Below, one piece after another: positions 25,593-33,559 of a stretch of DNA of 58,162 bases. Made by a program: the position numbers and the translations under genes. Each line of letters opens with the position of its first letter. Position 1 is the first letter of the stretch. The DNA comes from a bacterium (GTDB lineage Bacteria > Patescibacteriota > Patescibacteriia > UBA2196). The DNA lies in assembly GCA_035387885.1 (NCBI GenBank), contig DAOOOW010000004.1, forward strand, positions 1 to 58,162, written 5' to 3'. A model generated the notes under the pieces. That model was not told where the DNA came from and searched no databases. It saw only the letters and a list, made by a program, of their open reading frames with translations.

Positions 25593-25877
25593 TTATTCTC
25601 CAACTTCTTTTTTAACCTCTTCTCTACCAGCTGCTAATTCTTCAATTTGCTGTCTATCTCTGTTTAATAATAAAGCTTGAAATTCTCCCACGTGAGTCTT
25701 TTCCTCCTTAGCAATATCTAAAAGAATATTTTTAATTTTTTCATCTTGCGCCATGGCCGCCATTTGTTCATAAAGATTAATTGCGTCCAATTCAGCAATT
25801 ACTCCGGCCCTCAATATTTCTAAATCAATATTATTTGAATCAATTTTATCTAAATTAATTGGAATTTGTGATAACAT
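25593..25877 (-). CDS. Two-helix half-ferritin (rubrerythrin/EncFtn-like di-iron motif protein)
   Basis: 94 aa with ..AELDAINLYEQ...(30 aa)...KEEKTHVGEF. This E..Y / ExxH pattern matches encapsulated-ferritin-type half-ferritins. Confidence 0.65.
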   Translation of the reverse strand: MLSQIPINLDKIDSNNIDLEILRAGVIAELDAINLYEQMAAMAQDEKIKNILLDIAKEEKTHVGEFQALLLNRDRQQIEELAAGREEVKKEVGE

Positions 25878-25926
25878 AAATTATAAATTATAAAAAATTA
25901 ATTATTTATAGTTCGACCTTTTGTTT

Positions 25927-27036
25927 TTATATAATTTTTTTACCAATAAACTGCACTGCCAAAAAAGTAGCAATTGGTACTGCTAAAACTAAACCAATAC
26001 TACCAGTAATGGTTCTAACAATTTCTGTGGCGATCATTTCATTTTCTATGACCTGATTGAAAGTCAAAAACGGCGGTTGTTTAACGCTAAACAAAATAAG
26101 CAAAGGCAAAGAGGCGCCAGCATAAGCTAAAAACAATGTGTTAACCATAGAGCTTAAATGAGAAACGCCCACTCTCATGGCCTGACTATATATTTGACCT
26201 TTAGTTAGCTTAGGATTTGATATTTTTAATTCTTGCACTAAAGCCACTTGAGAAATAATTACATCATCCAAAACACCAAGAGCACCAATAATAATACCAG
26301 CGAGCAATAGACCTCTAATATTTATATTACCGCCTTCCATCCCGATTAAATACATTGCTTCCTCGCTGGCAAAACCAGTCAATTTTGTGATGGACGAGAA
26401 CCAAACAGATAAAAGACCAGTAACTATCAAAGAAATTAGGATAGAAAAAATAGCGATGGTAGAAGTTCGTTTGAATCCCTCAGTGATATAAACGGCCAAA
26501 ATTAAAATAAAAAATGAACCAATAATACTAATTGAAAGTGGATTACTACCAGCTAATATTTTAGGAATAATAAATTTTAAAATAGTTAAAAAAGTTAACA
26601 ACAAAACAATTAACGCTCGAAAACCTTTAAAACGACCAACAACTATAACAATTAAAGCAAATAAAAATGCTAACCAAAAAATAGGATTAGCACGAGAATA
26701 ACCAATCACATAAAAATTATCTTCCCCTTCTGGTCCCGGGCTATAATTAACTAAAACTTTTTCTCCAACCGCATATTCACTGGCAGACAAAACATCAAAT
26801 TCCGTACCATCAAAAATAATTTCTTTATCTTTCCAATCATCCTCTAATCCTTTGAGTTTTAGCTTCTGCTGTATTGGCGTTGAACCATCTTCACGTGTCG
26901 AGCTTTTTTGTTCCAAAACTTCAATCACTTTAGCTTTAAATATTTCTTCATCAGTAATATCAAAAATCTGACCAAATGCTGAAATTGGCAATAAAAATAA
27001 AAATAAAAAAATAAATATAAAAAAATTTATTTTCAT
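25927..27036 (-). CDS. YibE/F family integral membrane protein
   Basis: It has a signal peptide, an extracytoplasmic domain and about 7 TM segments. The YibE/F-like C-terminus is GASLPLLILF...NEMIATEIVRT..GSIGLV.AVP. Confidence 0.7.
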   Translation of the reverse strand: MKINFFIFIFLFLFLLPISAFGQIFDITDEEIFKAKVIEVLEQKSSTREDGSTPIQQKLKLKGLEDDWKDKEIIFDGTEFDVLSASEYAVGEKVLVNYSPGPEGEDNFYVIGYSRANPIFWLAFLFALIVIVVGRFKGFRALIVLLLTFLTILKFIIPKILAGSNPLSISIIGSFFILILAVYITEGFKRTSTIAIFSILISLIVTGLLSVWFSSITKLTGFASEEAMYLIGMEGGNINIRGLLLAGIIIGALGVLDDVIISQVALVQELKISNPKLTKGQIYSQAMRVGVSHLSSMVNTLFLAYAGASLPLLILFSVKQPPFLTFNQVIENEMIATEIVRTITGSIGLVLAVPIATFLAVQFIGKKII

Positions 27037-27755
27037 TTTTTGATTATTTTTTGTTCAATTTCTTCTTGGCTTATTTTTTTAGTACAGAAAAACCAGTCAT
27101 AACAATGCATCTCCTCTTTGCTCTCCATGCGATCTTTGGCCACACCGCAAGAACCAGCCGTAGGCACAATAACATCATCACCTGGCCGCCAATCAGCAGG
27201 CAAAGCCACTAAAAATTCATCAGCAGTCTGCATGGCAATTAAAGCACGATACAGTTCATCAAAATTTCTACCTAAACTAAGTGGATAATAAATGATCGCC
27301 CTAATAATACCCTTAGGGTCGATAAAAAATACCGCCCGGACAGCTTTAGTGTTGCTTTCGCCAGGTTGAATCATGCCGTATTTTTGAGCCACTTCCATGG
27401 TGATATCTTCAATAAGGGGAAATTTAACCTCTACGTCCTTCATGCCCTTATATTCAATCTTTTCTTTGATAGTCCTGAGCCAAGCGATATGGCTGTACAA
27501 ACCATCAACCGACAAACCAACCAACTTACAATTAGCGACATTGAATTTTTCTTCCATACTAGCAAATGTCATGAACTCTGAAGTACAAACCGGAGTAAAA
27601 TCAGCCGGGTGGCTGAAAAGAATTACCCAACTTCCCTCATATTGTTTAGGAAAATCTATTTCTCCCTGGGTCGTAACGGCTTTAAAAAAGGGGGCTTTAT
27701 CGCCAATACGTGGCATAGATACTATTGTTGAATTTTCTTGTGTGTTTGTGTTCAT
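27033..27755 (-). CDS. Peroxiredoxin (Prx6/1-Cys-like, AhpC-Prx1 family)
   Basis: Motifs WVILFSHPADFTPVCTSEF and ALPADW.PGDDVIVP. Confidence 0.9.
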   Translation of the reverse strand: MNTNTQENSTIVSMPRIGDKAPFFKAVTTQGEIDFPKQYEGSWVILFSHPADFTPVCTSEFMTFASMEEKFNVANCKLVGLSVDGLYSHIAWLRTIKEKIEYKGMKDVEVKFPLIEDITMEVAQKYGMIQPGESNTKAVRAVFFIDPKGIIRAIIYYPLSLGRNFDELYRALIAMQTADEFLVALPADWRPGDDVIVPTAGSCGVAKDRMESKEEMHCYDWFFCTKKISQEEIEQKIIKK

Positions 27756-27787
27756 AAATTTATTTTAATTAATAATTAATTTACTTT

Positions 27788-28546
27788 TTAATTTATTATT
27801 TTATCAATTATTGATTGGAATACTTGGTTAATATCACAATCTTCGTCTTCTGTTAACGGATAACCCCTGTCGCCGAAAATAACAATTTGGGGATCTATCG
27901 GGATCATTCCTAAAAAAGGAATTTTATAATACTTGGCAATTTTTTCTCCACCGCCTTTCTTAAAAAGATTAGTTATTTCTCCACAACACGGACATTTAAA
28001 ACCACTCATGTTTTCAATTAAACCATAAATCTTTAAATTTAATTTTTTAGCAAAATTTATCGCTTTTTTAGAATCTAATAAAGAGACTTCTTGTGGCGTG
28101 GTGACTATAATTGCTCCAGCTTTAGGTAATAATTGAGCGACTGAAAGTGGTTCATCGCCAGTTCCTGGTGGAGAATCAATTATCAACCAGTCTAAATTGC
28201 CCCATTCTACATCCTTAACAAATCTTTCAATCATCTTCATTTTGGCTGGACCGCGCCAAATAATCGGAGTATCTAAATTTGGTATAAAATAAGCAACTGA
28301 AACCAGGGACAAATTTTTATTTATTTCTATTGGTAAAATACGATTTTCATCATAAGAAAAAATTGCCTTGTCCTGTGCCCCAAGCATTAAAGCTAAATTA
28401 GGACCATGCATATCAGCATCAAGTAATCCGACTTTCAATCCTTTTTTAGTCAAAGCAATGGCTAAATTAACAGCCACAGTTGATTTACCAACTCCACCCT
28501 TACCTGAAAAAATTAATAAATAATTTTTTATTTCATCTTGCTTCAT
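27788..28546 (-). CDS. Mrp/NBP35/ApbC-family Fe-S cluster carrier ATPase
   Basis: Deviant Walker A GKGGVGKSTVA and a CPCCG cluster-ligand motif. Confidence 0.9.
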   Translation of the reverse strand: MKQDEIKNYLLIFSGKGGVGKSTVAVNLAIALTKKGLKVGLLDADMHGPNLALMLGAQDKAIFSYDENRILPIEINKNLSLVSVAYFIPNLDTPIIWRGPAKMKMIERFVKDVEWGNLDWLIIDSPPGTGDEPLSVAQLLPKAGAIIVTTPQEVSLLDSKKAINFAKKLNLKIYGLIENMSGFKCPCCGEITNLFKKGGGEKIAKYYKIPFLGMIPIDPQIVIFGDRGYPLTEDEDCDINQVFQSIIDKIIN

Positions 28547-28632
28547 TTAATTATTTTTATTACCTTGTCATTTATCATAGTGTCTGCATTTTTTTCTAAT
28601 TAGAATATTAAACAATAATCCATAATTATAAT

Positions 28633-28936
28633 CTATTCGGATATATTATATCTTAAACTAATTAATTCTTCAACTTCTTTTTTAATTTCTTCGTATTCAT
28701 CTGCCTGCTCTTTATCTTCATTAAAAAGCAAGATTTGAAATTCCCCTACGTGTTCTTTTTCTTCTTTAACCACAGCTAACAATACTTTTTTAATATTTTC
28801 ATTTTGTGTCAAAGTTACCATTTGTTCATAAAAAATTAATAGCATCTAATTCTGCAATAATACTGGCTCTCAAAATTTCTTTGTCCAAATTTTCTTTATT
28901 AATTTTATCTAAATTTATTGGTAATTATGATAATAT
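28633..28936 (-). pseudogene. Decayed paralog of the half-ferritin gene
   Basis: It is collinear with 25593..25877 but carries three lesions. The start position is ATA, an in-frame TAA lies at 28925-28927 where the paralog has Gln, and there is a +1 frameshift in the A6/T6 run at 28830-28835. Confidence 0.8.
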
Positions 28937-28984
28937 GTTTTTAATTTTAATTTTAATAAAAATTTGCAAAAACCTTTAATATTT

Positions 28985-30226
28985 TTACCCGAACATTAAA
29001 ATTTCGGGTTTAAAAATTAATAATAATCCAATAATTAACATTAATATTCCACCAATTAAATATGACCATTTTGTATATTTAGAAGTTATGCCAGTTACTT
29101 TTAAAGTAATCATGGCTATTACAAAAACAATCAAATCATCAAGCATGAATATTAAAATATATAAAAAAATATATAAATAATACTGAAATTTAGACAAACC
29201 AGTTAAAGTTAAAATTTGTGTGTAAACTGCTGGTAATCCAGCTGAACAAATTAACTCTACTAAATTAACTGCAAAAGCTAATAATATTATTCCCACTAAT
29301 GCAATTCCAAAACTTTTTTGAGTAGTGATTTGTTTTAATTTAGCAAATATTTTTTGCTTCTTTTCTCCGCCAGTCACCTGACATACTCCTGCTTTGTTTA
29401 TAAAATATTCTTTCAGATTATGCCAGCTACATCCAAGTGCAACTATACCAATAATTATTCTAATCCAAAAAACAAAACCAAGAAATAATAACAGATCCAA
29501 CCAAGCTGACATGAAAATAAAATATACAGCAGAAGAAGCGACAATAAATACACTACCCAAAATCCACATTCTTTTTCTGTCTTGCATACCAAGCAATAAA
29601 GTAATTAAAAATAACAATACCCACATGGCACACGGATTAAAACCATCTAATGCCCCAAAAATTATAGTTAAAATTGGCAAGGAAAAATTCTTTACTTCAA
29701 TTTCACCAAATAATGGTAAATCTATTTTTTGAAAAGAATTATCATTATTCTCTTCTTGTCTACATTCATCTTGATTTAAAATATTATTATTTGTGGACGT
29801 AAGGCCAGATATATTGTTTGGATTATTAATTTCTTCAACCACATCTCGACAAACGCCAACCAAAGATTGCTTAAGTTCTTTTTCAATAGCGCTCCCTGTT
29901 GTTTCTTCACTATACCAACCAATAAAGTATTTTTCTCCAATTAAAGTAAACGGCACACCCTGAATATCTATATTTAATTTTTTACCAATATTAATTAATA
30001 AATTTAAACCTTCTTTGTCTGAACTAATATCAAAATCATATAATTCAACTTGTGAATTATTTTTAGCTAAATTTTCTAAAAATGGTTTTTCTTTAGCGCA
30101 ATGCGGACAACCTTGTTGCCAAAAAAAATAAATATTAATCTTGTTTTGTTCTTGCGCTTTTGCCACGTTTAAAAGCAAAAAACAAGAAAAAAATAAAATT
30201 AATAAAAAATATACAATTTTTTTCAT
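28985..30226 (-). CDS. Thioredoxin-fold domain fused to a DsbD_2/CcdA-like membrane protein (copy B)
   Basis: It has the same architecture and motifs as copy A, and the first ~104 nt are identical to copy A. Confidence 0.85.
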   Translation of the reverse strand: MKKIVYFLLILFFSCFLLLNVAKAQEQNKINIYFFWQQGCPHCAKEKPFLENLAKNNSQVELYDFDISSDKEGLNLLINIGKKLNIDIQGVPFTLIGEKYFIGWYSEETTGSAIEKELKQSLVGVCRDVVEEINNPNNISGLTSTNNNILNQDECRQEENNDNSFQKIDLPLFGEIEVKNFSLPILTIIFGALDGFNPCAMWVLLFLITLLLGMQDRKRMWILGSVFIVASSAVYFIFMSAWLDLLLFLGFVFWIRIIIGIVALGCSWHNLKEYFINKAGVCQVTGGEKKQKIFAKLKQITTQKSFGIALVGIILLAFAVNLVELICSAGLPAVYTQILTLTGLSKFQYYLYIFLYILIFMLDDLIVFVIAMITLKVTGITSKYTKWSYLIGGILMLIIGLLLIFKPEILMFG

Positions 30227-30239
30227 ACAATTATATTTT

Positions 30240-30975
30240 TTAAATTAATTTAACCAGCATCATAATAACAATGCCGACGATAAATATTAAAAATGTTGTA
30301 ATCGATCTTTTTATTTTTTCCTGCCTAATTATTTCGGGCATAAGATCAGAAGCAGCAATATAAATAAATCCACCAGCAGCAAAAGGCAATAAATAAGGAA
30401 TTATTTGATAAAGTGGTTGGGCAATAAAATAACCAACCACACCACCCAAAACAACCGTTAAAGCAACTAAATAATTAATTAATAATGCTTTTTTCTTTTC
30501 AAAACCAGCATAAATTAAAACCCCAAAATCGCCAATTTCTTGTGGTATCTCATGCAAAGCAATAGCTAATGTTGTTACTACACCAAGTTTAACATCTATA
30601 AAAAAAAATACTGGCAATCACAAGTCCATCAATAAAATTGTGTAAAGCATCACCCACTAAATTCATATAACCAAAAGTATGAACTTTACATTCACCCTTA
30701 TGGCAGTGTCGCCAATATAACACCTTTTCCATAAAAAAGAAAAAAATAAAAGCAATTAAAACAACTAAATATAAATTATCTGAATTAATTTTACTTGAAG
30801 CCTCGGGCAGTAAATGCAAAAAAGCACCACCCATTAAAGCTCCAGCTGATAGAGCCACTAAAAATAAAGCGATTTTATTAAGCAATTCTTTTTTTAAATA
30901 TAAAAAAATAACTGCTACCCAAACACAAAAAGTAATTAAAAAAGTAGCAATTATAATATTTAATAAAATATTCAT
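30240..30975 (-). pseudogene. ZIP-family (ZupT/GufA-like) metal transporter split by a frameshift in a 9-nt homopolymer
   Basis: The N-terminal ORF ends HNFIDGLVIASIFF. The C-terminal ORF continues IDVKLGVVTTLAIALHEIPQEIGDFG. Deleting one base from the A9 run at 30600-30608 restores a single ~245-aa ZIP protein. Confidence 0.8.
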
Positions 30976-30978
30976 ATT

Positions 30979-31254
30979 TTATTTGATAATTTTTATTGCC
31001 TTGCCTTCAATTATGGCTTGACTAATCTTTTTATATGCTGAAGTTAAAATTCTTTGCAAAGTGCTTTGTGAGGTGTTCATTTTTTTAGCACATTCTATTT
31101 GTTCTAATTCTTCAATATTTTTTAATCGCAAAGCCTCCACTTCTTCATGTGTTAATTCTACTTCTTCCAACATCATTATTGGAATACCTTGAGGTTTAAA
31201 ATAAGTAATATTGGGATTAAATTTAATTCTTCTATTTAATTTTGGCCTAGACAT
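30979..31254 (-). CDS. DUF134 (UPF0251) putative DNA-binding protein
   Basis: 91 aa with P...R.......YFKP.G.P....E.V.L..EE.EA.RL......Q.E.A..M..S..T..R.L..A..K. Confidence 0.8.
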   Translation of the reverse strand: MSRPKLNRRIKFNPNITYFKPQGIPIMMLEEVELTHEEVEALRLKNIEELEQIECAKKMNTSQSTLQRILTSAYKKISQAIIEGKAIKIIK

Positions 31255-32114
31255 ATAACTATTTGTTTAATAATATTTTGAAATATTTTTTTATATTTTT
31301 CATCAATTTCTGTGACTGGTTTCATTTCAAGAGTTGCTTTAACAAAATCTTTATGATAAGGAATTTTGCCAATAATTTGAATGCTATTATCCTTAGCAAA
31401 ATTTTCTATTTTTTTACAAAAATTATCTGATAAACTATACTTATTAATCACAATACCATATTTAATTTGAAAATGTTTGGCTAAATATAATACTCGTTTT
31501 AAATCATGCAAGGCGGAAGGAGTAGGTTCGGTAACAGCGACAATATAGTCAGTACCAACCAATGAAGCGATCACCGGACAGCCGATTCCAGCAGCCGAAT
31601 CTATCAAAATAATCTCGGATTTTAATTTTTTAATAATTTCCTCGGAATGTTTTCTAACTTCAGCCACTACTTCACCAGAAGCTAATTCGCCTAATTTAAG
31701 CTCTCCCAAAATTAAATCTACGCCGTAATTATTACCAGTATAAATTGTGCCTATTTCTTTTTGACTTTCTGAAATAGCGCCATATGGACAAGACACAATG
31801 CAGGCCTTACAGCCAATGCAAATATCTTTGACAAAAACCGGATATTTATTTTTCACAAAAACAATCGCGTTCTGCTTGCAAACAGAAGCGCATTTGCCAC
31901 ATTTTACACATTTATCAAAATCCCACTTTGGGATAACTTGATAAATTGTAATAAATTTTTTCCTTTTAGCGGAAAGCAAGAGATGATCGTTGGGACATTC
32001 AACGTCTAAATCCAATAAAACGGTCTTTTTGCTTTTCGCAAACTCAACTGCGAGCGAAGTGGCGACCATTGATTTGCCCGTGCCGCCCTTTCCGCTGGTG
32101 ACTGCAATTTTCAT
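31236..32114 (-). CDS. MinD/ParA-type P-loop ATPase with an inserted 2x[4Fe-4S] ferredoxin domain
   Basis: P-loop SGKGGTGKS, CVKCGKCASVCKQNAI, and CIGCKACIVSCPYGAI. Confidence 0.9.
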   Translation of the reverse strand: MKIAVTSGKGGTGKSMVATSLAVEFAKSKKTVLLDLDVECPNDHLLLSAKRKKFITIYQVIPKWDFDKCVKCGKCASVCKQNAIVFVKNKYPVFVKDICIGCKACIVSCPYGAISESQKEIGTIYTGNNYGVDLILGELKLGELASGEVVAEVRKHSEEIIKKLKSEIILIDSAAGIGCPVIASLVGTDYIVAVTEPTPSALHDLKRVLYLAKHFQIKYGIVINKYSLSDNFCKKIENFAKDNSIQIIGKIPYHKDFVKATLEMKPVTEIDEKYKKIFQNIIKQIVICLGQN

Positions 32115-32185
32115 AATTATAACAAGTTAAATAATTAAAATAAATTTTTATTTCCCAACTAATAAAATTATATCAATAAGATAAT

Positions 32186-32545
32186 CTAATTTTTATGTTG
32201 TTCACAAGCGTCTTTTATGCCCGCTTTCTTGAATTTATTGTTTTGCCAAAGTTGAAAAAATTCTTTCACATTATTAGCTCCATAAACATAAACATCAATT
32301 CCTAAATTTTGGCATAAATCAATCGCTCGTGGCCCAATATCCCGACACAATAAAATATTTGCTCCGTGTTTTTTCATTAACTCCGGTGGCAAACCAGCTC
32401 CACCCATATGTTCGCTGGTGTTATCTATAATTTCAACTATTTCACCTTTTTCATTAAGAAAAGTATAAGTAAAACAACGACCAAAATGATCGGCTATTTT
32501 AGCATCTAAGCCCTCTTTGTCATTTGTCGGTATAACTAATTTCAT
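32186..32545 (-). CDS. NifB/NifX/NafY-type cofactor-binding domain protein (non-nitrogenase context)
   Basis: It has ~119 aa from MKLVIPT, with HFGR...F........I.........GG.G......L...G...L....IG..A...L...GI. Confidence 0.8.
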   Translation of the reverse strand: MKLVIPTNDKEGLDAKIADHFGRCFTYTFLNEKGEIVEIIDNTSEHMGGAGLPPELMKKHGANILLCRDIGPRAIDLCQNLGIDVYVYGANNVKEFFQLWQNNKFKKAGIKDACEQHKN

Positions 32546-32615
32546 AATTAAAATAAATAAAAAATTAAAATGTATTTTCAATTTCCCAACGAATGAAATT
32601 AGATCTTTTGTCAGA

Positions 32616-32954
32616 CTAATTTATTTTTTTGAGCTTTTTGTCTATAAACGCCCGCAAAACATCTTTGACAATTCCTTCGCCGGAATAAATTTCAATATTA
32701 AATTGATTTAAAACATCCAAAGCCCTTGGACCAACATTATTGGTTATTACTGCGTTAACATTATTTTCCGCCATTAATTGAGCGGCGGAAATTCCAGCTC
32801 CACTAGCTTGATCCGTAGTATCGTTTTTCAAAATTTCTATTTTGTCAACTTTGTTATCTTTTATTTCAACCATAATAAAACACGGACAACGACCAAAAGT
32901 TTCATCAATTTGTCCATCTATTTTTTCACTTGTTGAACTAATTGCAATTTTCAT
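32616..32954 (-). CDS. NifB/NifX/NafY-type cofactor-binding domain protein, second copy
   Basis: 112 aa with the motif TFGRCPCF and the same pattern as 32186..32545. Confidence 0.8.
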   Translation of the reverse strand: MKIAISSTSEKIDGQIDETFGRCPCFIMVEIKDNKVDKIEILKNDTTDQASGAGISAAQLMAENNVNAVITNNVGPRALDVLNQFNIEIYSGEGIVKDVLRAFIDKKLKKIN

Positions 32955-33030
32955 ATTTTTATTTTTTAATTAATATATGATATGGCAAAATCGCTCTACA
33001 AATATTTACAAAATGCAGAGCGTTATTTGC

Positions 33031-33312
33031 TTATTTATTATTACTTTGAAAATCCTTTAAATACTCATTGACGTCCTGTAATTCAGCTTCTAAATCTGAA
33101 ATATATGTTTTGATATTGATGGTTTCTTCATCTTTAGTAAGTTGACGATAACCAACACTGACGCCTCTGCCTAAACCTAAACCACGCTTTAAACCTTTAC
33201 CTAATCCTCTACCAATTCCACGACTATAAGTTTGGCCTCTTTCGCAAGGACCTAAACCCCTACCTGTCATCGGCCCAATACCCTTAGGACCTGTTCCATT
33301 AAATGCAGGCAT
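33031..33312 (-). CDS. DUF5320 family small protein
   Basis: The N-terminus is MP.F.GTGP.G.GPMTGRGLG.C, followed by a Gly/Arg-rich repeat and a C-terminal coiled coil. Confidence 0.75.
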   Translation of the reverse strand: MPAFNGTGPKGIGPMTGRGLGPCERGQTYSRGIGRGLGKGLKRGLGLGRGVSVGYRQLTKDEETINIKTYISDLEAELQDVNEYLKDFQSNNK

Positions 33313-33400
33313 ATAATTACCTTTTAATTACCCATCACAAAATTTACTTATTATAATGGATAAATTTTAATTTATTTGATACGACCTTTGCCTAAGGTTA

Positions 33401-33434
33401 GTGGATAAATGAATAAATATTCATAATTATCCAC
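33401..33434. promoter_or_regulatory. Nested 34-nt palindrome, candidate operator or 5'-UTR hairpin
   Basis: The sequence is GTGGATAA-ATGAATA-AA-TATTCAT-AA-TTATCCAC. It lies just downstream of the predicted promoter. Confidence 0.5.
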
Positions 33435-33446
33435 ACCCTTATTATA

Positions 33447-33475
33447 ATTATATACCCATAATTATATTTTGTCAA
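33447..33475 (-). promoter_or_regulatory. Consensus sigma-70 promoter for the DUF5320-NifX-MinD-DUF134 transcription unit
   Basis: The minus sense reads TTGACA, a 17-nt spacer, then TATAAT. Confidence 0.6.
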
Positions 33476-33559
33476 TTTTGCATAGGTTTTTCTAAATTAA
33501 AAAAAAGCAAATAAAAAATACCTTTACAAAATGATATCTTTACTACCTGCTGTAGACTT

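Noticed and set aside
25593-25877. Encapsulin nanocompartment system
   Set aside because: No HK97-fold shell gene is in the window, and the half-ferritin has no C-terminal targeting peptide. It is reported only as an orphan EncFtn-like protein.
32186-32954. Nitrogen-fixation genes (NifX/NifB annotation)
   Set aside because: Only the small cofactor-binding domain is present. There is no NifHDK, NifEN or radical-SAM NifB, and the context is the DUF134/MinD-Fer4 module found in non-diazotrophs.
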